Below, piece by piece: positions 23,459-32,408 of a stretch of 64,000 bases of DNA. Position 1 is the first letter of the stretch, and every line of letters begins with the position of its first letter. A program made the translations under genes and the position numbers. The notes below the pieces were generated by a model that worked only from the letters and a program-made list of their open reading frames with translations, had not been told where the DNA came from and did no database searches. Source of the stretch: Diplonema japonicum (Eukaryota > Protista > Euglenozoa: Diplonemea); NCBI GenBank assembly GCA_964019335.1, contig OZ025656.1:744001-808000 (forward strand), read 5' to 3'.

Positions 23459-24370
23459 ATGGAGTCATTAATAAGTAGTATCGAGTTCAATGTCACGACG
23501 CTCGTCACGCTGGCAATTGGTGCTGTTGTGTTGTATGTGATCGTGAAGGACATTGTCAAATGGAACACGGGGAAACCTGCTCCAGAGGTGAAGAAGGAAG
23601 AGGTTGTGCCTCAGGCGCCCTCTGAGCCGTCTGCCCCTGCAGCCGTTTCTACCCTCCCCGCTGAGCCTAAAACGGAGGATACCATTGCTGACCCGGAAGA
23701 AAAACCAGTTGAGACAGCTAAGGAAGCGATGCCCGCGGAGGACCCTGAGCTGGACAACTTGCTTGATGGCGTGTTGGATTACATCGACGACGAGGAGAAC
23801 AAGATTGACCAGGCGTGGGACAAGGTCACCAATAACAGGCAGGTCAGCACTCACGTATCAGGCCTCAGCCAATTCATGGAGAGTGGCAGAAAGGCGTTTG
23901 CAGAAGCAGCTGACCGAAGCAAAGAAGCCCAGAAGGAAGGAGAGCTTGAGAAAAGGCGAATCAAGAAAGCGCATGAGAGCAAGAAGTCAGGCAATGAAGC
24001 GTATGAAGCAGGCATGTTTAGGGAGGCAGCGAAGCATTATTCTGAAAGTATCAAGCTCTCCCCCGATTCTGACCCTATGAAGTACTTGCTCTACAGCAAC
24101 AGGAGCGCAGCAAACAGGCAGCTGTGCAACTATGATTTCGCGATGATCGATGCTGAAAAATGCATTACTGTCAAACCTGATTTCGCAAAGGGCTATACGA
24201 GAAAGGCCCAGGTGCTAGAGGATATGAACCGATGGGGTGAGGCAAAAGCACTCTATCAGACAGTGTTGCAGAAATTCAAGGGTGACACCTTGTGTGTAGA
24301 GGCCAAGAAGAGCTTGGAGAGGTGTGATGAGAAGCTTGAGGAACAGCTTGATCAGCTTCTGGATAATTAA
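23459..24370 (+). CDS. N-terminally membrane-anchored TPR (carboxylate-clamp type) protein
   Basis: Hydrophobic anchor (TTLVTLAIGAVVLYVIV), acidic linker, three TPRs (KKSGNEAY, LYSNRSAA, KPDFAKGYTRKAQ). Confidence 0.82.
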   Translation: MESLISSIEFNVTTLVTLAIGAVVLYVIVKDIVKWNTGKPAPEVKKEEVVPQAPSEPSAPAAVSTLPAEPKTEDTIADPEEKPVETAKEAMPAEDPELDNLLDGVLDYIDDEENKIDQAWDKVTNNRQVSTHVSGLSQFMESGRKAFAEAADRSKEAQKEGELEKRRIKKAHESKKSGNEAYEAGMFREAAKHYSESIKLSPDSDPMKYLLYSNRSAANRQLCNYDFAMIDAEKCITVKPDFAKGYTRKAQVLEDMNRWGEAKALYQTVLQKFKGDTLCVEAKKSLERCDEKLEEQLDQLLDN

Positions 24371-24466
24371 TTAGTGTCTGCAGTGTTACTTACCTTTCGA
24401 ATCCATTCTCTCATATATCCTTGTCGCTTGTGTCTGCCATTCACACACACACAGGAAGCAAGAACA

Positions 24467-25687
24467 ATGGCTGTAGTAACCGCCCATCTCGAGAGGTCGC
24501 TTCTTGTGGACCATAAGCTCGAAGAAGCTCTTGTAGTTGCGTTTGATGCGTGTGATACTAAGCTGTGGACATGGGTTGCAATGGAGGCAGTTCGCTTATT
24601 TCCAGAAGGCGAGATTTGCGGCTGTCTAACGCGCATAGCAATGACCCACAGTGTGTCGTCGTTATGGCCATGCTTGAGTGGTCTCGTGAATGCGGGGTGT
24701 TGCACCACAGCCACACGATTGTGCACTGCGCTGCTTTCAGCCGATACAGTACTAAACAGCAAGCCAGCCTTCCAGCAGCTGGTGGTAGCAATGATGGCTC
24801 GGTACCAGAAACACTTTGAGTCGTACGAGGCACGAGATTTGATGCAAGATTCTGAATTGTTGTCTGTTTTCATGCAGCATGCCACCTGTGTGAACAGAGA
24901 GCACCTGTGCTCGGTAGAATACATAGAACAGCTGCCACGTGACATGCAATCTACACATCTTCTCAGGTGCATCGGTCTGCTACTGCGGCACCACAGGGTA
25001 TGTATTCAGACTGTTTATAAAAGTAACTGAACACTGCAGGCTTATGATGACGCACTTCCGCTGATACTGCGACACGGAACACTGTGCAGAGAGACCGCGG
25101 GGATGAAGAATCTGGTGTCTGTTTTACGCGATCTCCCCACCGAGACTGGCGATGAGCTGATGGTATTCCTCGACAATGTGTTCCGGAGATCCGACGCTGG
25201 ATTAGAACGGGTACTGCAGTCGGGGGAGGCGTGCATCATACTGAATGATACCCAAGTGGCTGTCAGCCCTTCTGATGTACGGATACTGGAGGTGCGAAGC
25301 TTCACGGACAGCTCGGAAAAGCTAAAGATCAAGAATGATGAGGCTGCCTTGCGATCGACGTTGGAGCAGCTTGGAAAGACTGCTGATGATTATAAACTGG
25401 AGGTATGTGTCATACACCCACCATTACTATCTAATAATTTAATATAGGCAATGCAACAGCAGGCTTACGGCGAGTTTGCCAACGGACGCTTCACGTTCAA
25501 TGACATTGCTGCTTTCACCTATCCGGAGGACCAGCTCATCCCAGCTTATGCGTCCTTCATATGCCTCCTCATCGCTTGCTTCAAGCGGGATAGTGACGGG
25601 TACAGGCACCATTATCACAATCTGTACACCCGGCAGTGGAATGACATTTACACGAAGCTGTATCCAGAAGAGGCTTCTTCTAGCTAG
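24467..25687 (+). CDS. Hypothetical protein (introns 24998-25039, 25403-25447)
   Basis: Three ORF pieces join in frame across two GTATG..AG introns; ACAG at 24451-24454 upstream of the ATG. Confidence 0.65.
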
Positions 25688-26557
25688 TGGCCATTTGTAT
25701 TGTTCTTCACGCCAAGTGTGTAGAACTTGGTTAATATTCATTTGTTTTCTTTTTCGTGTGCATCTCAGCCAGAATCGTTGTAGGTGCCAGCAGCCGGTAG
25801 TCTCTACCCTTAGTGGATGCTTTCAGCAGGTGTTTCGTCTGCAGACCAAGGCAGTGGTAGGATCACGGCCGGGAACCTGATGCTGTCGAAAACATGGGGT
25901 TGCCAGGATACTTAGTCCACTCAAACGAGGTCATCGGAGAGGTTGCTTGGCGAAGCCAGACACTGTTTGTCGTTAGTCCACATATGGTGGTTACTGTTTT
26001 GAGCACAGTGGCTGACCCATTGACACGTCACCCTTGACGTACGGCACGTCGGGTCTTAGGCTACCGGCAGATTCTTCCAATGCCTTTTTGCCTCGCAGCA
26101 TCACATTGGACACGTCTGTGAGCCCTCTCGTTAGAACGAGCCTATTGAGGAGGTCGCTGATGAACGCCACCAGACCCCGCCACTCAGGATGCAGAAGGAG
26201 TCCGCGTCGACCTGACAAGAAATGTGCCCTTGGAGCTTGACAATTCCATGACACAAGCTCGTTAAGTCAAGAATGTACCGAACGTCTTTCTATCGCAATG
26301 GCCTTGTATTTAACAAGTTCTTCTCAGTTTGTAAGAGCAAAGAAAAGAGTAGTGGTATCATGCAGTATGTATCCCAGGGTTTATACCATGTGCACAAATG
26401 CTAAAAGCCGACTCTTTTTACGCGAACGTGCATTCCACGTGCGATGATTAGCTGCGAAGATTCCAAGCGCTTTTTTTAATAAGAGTTTGGTTTTGTTCTT
26501 AGTGATCTTCATTTTGTATTTCCCGTCTCTTTTCAGTTTTGCATCACCTACAGTGCG

Positions 26558-28481
26558 ATGGATGGAGACGAAGAGGGGAAGTTCGGCGACAGCTCGGTGC
26601 ACCTTCTACACATACAATTGGATACTGGAAACGATGAAACTGAGAGAAGCGAGACATTGAGGAGCGAGGCGCACACTTTGGAGGATGACAACGAAGCAAA
26701 ATGGCGGAAGGGGGTAAACACCGTGCCTGAGATAGATGTTCTGAAGGCAAATAGAATAAAGAGGTTTACCAGCCCACACCAGTTAGATAGAACGAAGGTC
26801 GATGTTGATTTAGAGAGGCAGTTTATCACGCACCTGATGGAAGACGATGTTGACTGCGCACTGAGCCTCATGAGGGCGAATGTCACGAACCAGAAGCTGC
26901 TACTTACGAGCTGCGCATTAAGTGCTGCGATCCAGGTGGGGGACTTGGGGCTTGTGAAGGCGATGATCCTGTACCCGATGGTAGACTTCTCTAACAAGTC
27001 ACGGGCACCCGTTTGTGAGGCCGTCATGAAGCAAGAGGCCAAGCTCGTCGAGCTGCTGCTGCTGAGCCCCATCACAGACGTGAACAAGGGCTGTCCCCTA
27101 GCACGTGCTGTGGAGCTCAATGACCTCACCCTCATCAAGACGCTCCTCGCCTCCGACAGAATCAACCCCAACAAGGGCGGCGCCCTGTACCGAGCCGTTG
27201 GCATGGGGAATATAAAAATGATTGAAGCGCTACTCGGACACAAACGGCTCAACGTCAATAAGTTCTGCGGTGGAGTTGGCTCGACTCCCTTGTGCAGGGC
27301 CATCGACTTGCAAGCAGAAAGTATGGTCAAGCTGCTGGTCCAGCACCCCAAAATCGACATTAACAAGGGATTCCTTTTGACTCCCCTTCAGCACGCGGTG
27401 GATGCTCAGGCACCCGAGATTGTGCGCATTTTAATCGAAGCTCCCGCAGCAGTGCCGCTGGATCCAAACAAGAGAATGGGGGGCACGGCAAGTCCTTTGC
27501 TGCTGGCGTTGAAAGGCAAGTTCAACAAGGAAATCGTGCGTCTGTTGCTGAGCTGCAACACCACCGATATTGATGACGAGGTGTTAGAGGTAATCGAGAA
27601 GCGGGGGCTGCATGAGGTGGAGGACATGATTCTGCGATCGAACAGAAGAGTGCCATTCAGCGCCTTTTGGTGCTCGAAGGTCCTGTGTTCTGTAGTAGGG
27701 ACTTTTTTTATCTGCGCAGCGAACATCTTGCTTCTCAAGTACCTGGAGGAGCTGGTGATAGACGGTGCACACCCGCAGATTGTGTTGTCGATGCTGACCT
27801 TATGCATTGGGAACACAGGCTCGTACATACTCTTGAAGAAAGACCCGCAGATGCTGTACAAGCGAAGGCTGAAGCTACGGCTGTTCCCTATTTGCTACGA
27901 TGTGTACTTGTGCACTTTGTTGCTGCAGTCGGTGTTTGCTGCTAGCCCATTGACGAGAAGGACGGAAATGTACCCTTCTGGACAGGTGAATTACAAGTAC
28001 CAGGTGCTGCTTGTTAGTGGACCCATGGCTTGTGTGCAATTAATTATGTTTGTGATAGAGCAGGCGGACGGGGGGAAGGAGGGTGGTGGGCTTGTGAAGA
28101 GTGTCATAGGAATGAATATTCTAGCGGTGGTGAAGCTGATTGTCACCACGCTGCTGAAGCAGTACCAGAGTAAGAGGATGGAGGACACAGAGCAGGCTGT
28201 GGGATCGCCGCATGGAAGCGTCCCAATCATCCTGAACCCCATCGATATGACCGTGGCACCGCACAGCTACCTGAGCACCCCTGATGGGACGACTGAGCGC
28301 CAACCTCCCGCACAACGGAACGCCCCGTCTGCCTCTCTTTCGGAGCGACGGCAACACTGCCCCCCTGAGTATGTACACAGCTCATCTACAATAATACAAC
28401 AGACTCGACTTGAGCCTCATCAAGACCCGTCCTATCCGCATTCTCCCGCGCCGCCTCACGAAAACTCATGTCGTGAAGTGA
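26558..28481 (+). CDS. Ankyrin-repeat multi-pass membrane protein (probable intron 28369-28402; unspliced ORF ends at 28549)
   Basis: Several short ankyrin repeats (DVNKGCPLARAV, NPNKGGALYRAV, STPLCRAI, LTPLQHAV, SPLLLAL) followed by about five hydrophobic segments. Confidence 0.8.
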
Positions 28482-28867
28482 AAGCGGAACATAAATGGCT
28501 ATATCCCTCTTCTTTTGTAACATTAATAGTAGTGGCACCGCTGTGGTGACTTTGTCCTACTTCCCTCCCCCATGTTTTCGAACAAGGAATTAATAAGTTT
28601 TTTTTAATGCAGCAACAAAAAAAGATGGAAATGCTTACTTTCCATTTTTATTTTAAAGAAAAGCCTAACAAAAAAAAAAAGAAAAGCCTCAGCGTGCAAA
28701 AATAATAATAATAAAGATTGCAAAAAGAACAAAAAGAAAAGCGCAAAAGGACACTTGCCACCATCCTTTCTTTCTACCTTTGGATATGTTACGTTCAGTA
28801 GATCTTTATCTCCTCTTTATCTATTTTTTTCTTTTCTTTATGGCGTGCAACAAAGCATCTGAGTCAT

Positions 28868-29605
28868 ATGTCGTGCCTAGATGTGAAGGAGTTTGTGGTG
28901 CACGAGACAGTGGGTACCGGGGGCGAGGCGATTGTGAGGAGAGGAGAGTACCAACGGAGGAGTGTCGCTATGAAGTTCACAAGAAATGAAAGCAACGAAG
29001 TAGATGTACTGAAGGAAATGCAACACTCACATATTGTTGAGCTGGTGGGGTGGTTTTCCACCGACCACGAGTGGTGTGTTGTTACAGAGCTGTGCGCTAC
29101 CTCTGTGTATGATGTTGCTCAGGAATGCGGCCTGCTTGCTGGAGATGTAAAAGTGCTGATGCACCAGCTGCTACTTGGCCTTAGCCACATCCATGCTGCT
29201 GGCATCCTGCACAACGACATCAAGCCAGAGAACCTCCTCCTAACGCAGGATTGTGTTCTCAAGATATCCGATTTTACCTTAGCAGCCCCCCCCTCCGACA
29301 TAAAGTCTATCGGCAGCGCTCCTTACATGTCCCCCGAACGCCTCCACCGCACTCCTGTAAGTGCTGCCTCCGACATCTGGTCGGTGGGGTGCACGTTGCA
29401 CTTTTTGCTGCACGGTCAGCTGCTTTTCTCAGCCCCTTCTGAGTTCCTCATCATGCAGCAGATTGTTAGCTTTGCACCAGACGGCACCCTCCCGCTGCCA
29501 TGTATGGCCAGGTCCCCCGACGACAGGCCCAGTTGCGCACAGTGCCTGGAACACCAGTGGTTCAAGAATGTACTACCTTACACCTTAACGAGTTTAAAGC
29601 TTTGA
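28868..29605 (+). CDS. Minimal Ser/Thr protein kinase (245 aa)
   Basis: VGTGGEAIV, VAMK, HNDIKPENLL, DFT, GSAPYMSPE, SDIWSVGC, RPSCAQCLEHQWF. Confidence 0.85.
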   Translation: MSCLDVKEFVVHETVGTGGEAIVRRGEYQRRSVAMKFTRNESNEVDVLKEMQHSHIVELVGWFSTDHEWCVVTELCATSVYDVAQECGLLAGDVKVLMHQLLLGLSHIHAAGILHNDIKPENLLLTQDCVLKISDFTLAAPPSDIKSIGSAPYMSPERLHRTPVSAASDIWSVGCTLHFLLHGQLLFSAPSEFLIMQQIVSFAPDGTLPLPCMARSPDDRPSCAQCLEHQWFKNVLPYTLTSLKL

Positions 29606-29642
29606 AGCCTTTATGTGATACCTTCATGCACAGCAAGGCAAG

Positions 29643-29891
29643 ATGGTTGACGAGAGCACCGACAACTTCCTCACCAGCGACGCTAACAGACTTCTGGACG
29701 AGGCCTTTGAAAGAGTCAAGGTGGCAAGTGCCTTGAACCCTGATTACAAGGTAGAACCGCCACGGCTGTTTTCGTCTGTGCACGAACACAGTAAGGAGCG
29801 ACCCATTATCGGAGGCACGGATGTTTATAAGAAGTTGTGGGCGGCGGCCACAGAGGCGAGTGATGCAGAGGCTGCAAGCTGTGAACAGTAA
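29643..29891 (+). CDS. Small hypothetical protein (82 aa)
   Basis: Fills the gap between two genes on the coding strand, with ACAG and AAG upstream of the ATG and a plausible composition. Confidence 0.5.
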   Translation: MVDESTDNFLTSDANRLLDEAFERVKVASALNPDYKVEPPRLFSSVHEHSKERPIIGGTDVYKKLWAAATEASDAEAASCEQ

Positions 29892-29957
29892 ATAAATGAT
29901 AAAATAACAGCTTGTTTTTTCAGTTCTTAACTCACTCAGGAGCATTATCACGCAAGA

Positions 29958-30827
29958 ATGGACCCTTCAGTGGACCCTATTATGCAGCTGGCCGGCTGGA
30001 AGTCGGGTGACGGTATCAGAGGATGGAAGAACATGATGTACACTGCGCCATGCGTGACGGGGGTACTGCTGATAGCGGTATTCAGCTCGTGGTTGGTGCT
30101 GAACAAGATCACGCGTGGGTGGGTTGTTGACAAGAACAATGCCACAGTGCCCAAGGGGTCAGCCCTCAGTAAGCAGGTGTCATTCTGTCTTGTGGGGATC
30201 CTTATTCACTCGTACTTGGGGCCTACCTCTATCGCCCTTGCTATGAGATCCCTCGACACCCCGTACCCTGTGGCTGTGGGCAACAGGGCCGCGCTGTCCG
30301 ACGTTGCAGCTTTGGAGTACCTTGATGTTGCCAACGCGCAGGCTGTGATCGGGGAGATATTCACCGGGTACGCCGCATACATCACGATCATGTGGTTGCT
30401 TGGGTGGGAGAAGGGTGTGGACAAGATCATTCACCATGTTGTGTTCCTTTTCCTTGCAGTGCTGCTCTCCAGCCAGTACGCTTTCTGCAGGCTGTCCGCC
30501 TTTGCCATCAGCATGGAAGTTTCCACAGTTTTCCTCAACATGAACGTCGTCTCTGGATGGCTTGTGAACTGGAAAAAGTTCCACCTCATCACTGGTGCTT
30601 TCTTCATTCTCAGCTTCTTCTGCACTCGTATCCTCTTCTTCGGCTACGGCCTGGGCACAACTCTCGTTGATTTCTTCGAGGACCCCTCTGCCTCACCCTT
30701 GCCCTTCTCAGTTTCCTGCCTCGTGCTTTTCCTCTTTTCCGGGGGTTGGCTCCTGCAGGTTTTCTGGCTCCGTCCCATCATCCACAAAGTGTCTTCCGTA
30801 TTTGCTAAGAAGCCTAAGCAGCACTAA
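29958..30827 (+). CDS. TLC (TRAM/LAG1/CLN8) domain membrane protein
   Basis: IIHHVVF, MEVSTVFLN and FFCTRI motifs with multiple TM segments; KKPKQH C-terminus. Confidence 0.85.
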   Translation: MDPSVDPIMQLAGWKSGDGIRGWKNMMYTAPCVTGVLLIAVFSSWLVLNKITRGWVVDKNNATVPKGSALSKQVSFCLVGILIHSYLGPTSIALAMRSLDTPYPVAVGNRAALSDVAALEYLDVANAQAVIGEIFTGYAAYITIMWLLGWEKGVDKIIHHVVFLFLAVLLSSQYAFCRLSAFAISMEVSTVFLNMNVVSGWLVNWKKFHLITGAFFILSFFCTRILFFGYGLGTTLVDFFEDPSASPLPFSVSCLVLFLFSGGWLLQVFWLRPIIHKVSSVFAKKPKQH

Positions 30828-31412
30828 GTACCTGTCTACCATCAAGTACCTTCCTTAGCCTAGCCCCTTCAGCGGTCAGGAACTGTCCCGCTCGGATGAG
30901 TATTCCGATAATTTCTAAAACTATCAGGTGCTCTGCTTACCTAGGTTAAAAGGTGCTGTTTTTTCTTTCTTTCTTTTTCCCCTCTGCATTCCCTGCTGCC
31001 GATTCCGCAACCTTGGTGGGTCATTGCTAACACTTCACCCCATCATAGTGAAGTCCTAATATTACAAGATCAGCGTGCTTGATGTATGGCTGGCATGTGA
31101 GCCCTTGTGAGCGGTTCTTCAGGCACTTGGTCGGGAAGGCTACCAAAGGGTTGGCATGTCATGGTGAACTGTGATCAGGTTTTTTTCAGATTTTCGTTAA
31201 TTTTCTTAGAAGGCAACACAGCCGAAAAAGAAGGAAAACCCGATGCCCCAGAAGGGGGAAGGGAAAGGGGTAGATAAGTAGACGTTCCAGAGCAGGAACC
31301 TCTTTATCTCATCTCTTTTTTTCTTCTGCAATCTCTAGTTACCTTTCGTTTTTTTTTTTTTTTATTTCCATCTTGTGCGAGCTTTGCGGCACACCATCAT
31401 GCTTTCCTAGCG

Positions 31413-32408
31413 ATGCGACTTGGCGTAGGCTACAACGTTTACGACGGCGAAGAATTGTTGGAGAGCAGCATCAATAGCATACGGGGCGAGGCTGCGTGGG
31501 TGGTGGTCGTATATCAGACAGTGAGTAACTTTGGTGCCCCGTGCAATGACACCTTGGTTGATTTGCTGAATAAGCTTAAAGAGCAAGGTCTGGTCGATGA
31601 GTTGTGCTGCTACACACCAAAAGAGTATAATACGGAAGAGAGGCGGAGCATGGTCAGCAAGCATGCCAACATGGCGCTTCTTGGGGGATCGGTGTCCGGT
31701 GTTGCCTCTCAATACCTATGTGAAGTGGCAAAGCGGAATAAAGCACTTGACCTGTGTCGTTCTGCTGGTTGCACCCATTTCCTTTCAATGGACACAGACG
31801 AATATTATGACACACAGCAGCTTCGCTCTTCCATGCATTTCATGGAAGAGAACCCTATTTACGACACCACCGCTTGCTTGATGCGATACTACTTCAAACA
31901 TCCCACATGCGAGCTTCTCCCTTTGGACAACAGGAGTTATGTCCCCTTCATCTTTCGCATCCATCCTTCGTCTTTCTTTGAGATAGCTCACCCATACCCA
32001 GTAGAGGTTGATCCTACCCGTGTTGCCACGCACACCAGACGCCTCTACACATTTCCTTCAGCTGACCTTGTCATGCACCACATGTCTTTCGTCAGAACAC
32101 CACGGGGCCTCCTCTCCAAGTTTACAAACGTTTCCAACAAGGCTAATTATTCTCAAGCCCCAGATGCTGCCGTTGCAGCCATCCTTGCATGGCAGCCACA
32201 CACCACTCCCATACCCCATCCTCATCCCTACTTTGCACAGCACTTCACGTCTTCTCGTGTTGTCAGCAACAAGTTCGAAGTTCCAGTGTTGATACCATAT
32301 TATTTTTCGTTGCTCTCTACACCCCACAAGGTTTTCACAGGCCTATCAAAGTTTCTAACATGTTATTTCGCTATGCCACGTTCGTGGCAGCTCTTGCGGT
32401 GTGCGTGA
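31413..32408 (+). CDS. GT-A fold glycosyltransferase-like protein (3' end uncertain; overlaps next ATG)
   Basis: YNVYDGEELLESSINSIR N-terminal strand-helix, KRNKALDLC, DxD motif FLSMDTDEYY, VDPTR, MHHMSFVR. Confidence 0.7.
   Translation: MRLGVGYNVYDGEELLESSINSIRGEAAWVVVVYQTVSNFGAPCNDTLVDLLNKLKEQGLVDELCCYTPKEYNTEERRSMVSKHANMALLGGSVSGVASQYLCEVAKRNKALDLCRSAGCTHFLSMDTDEYYDTQQLRSSMHFMEENPIYDTTACLMRYYFKHPTCELLPLDNRSYVPFIFRIHPSSFFEIAHPYPVEVDPTRVATHTRRLYTFPSADLVMHHMSFVRTPRGLLSKFTNVSNKANYSQAPDAAVAAILAWQPHTTPIPHPHPYFAQHFTSSRVVSNKFEVPVLIPYYFSLLSTPHKVFTGLSKFLTCYFAMPRSWQLLRCA

Noticed and set aside
26157-26215. TGATGA..CTGA pair suggesting a C/D snoRNA
   Set aside because: Imperfect C box, no convincing terminal stem and no recognisable rRNA guide.
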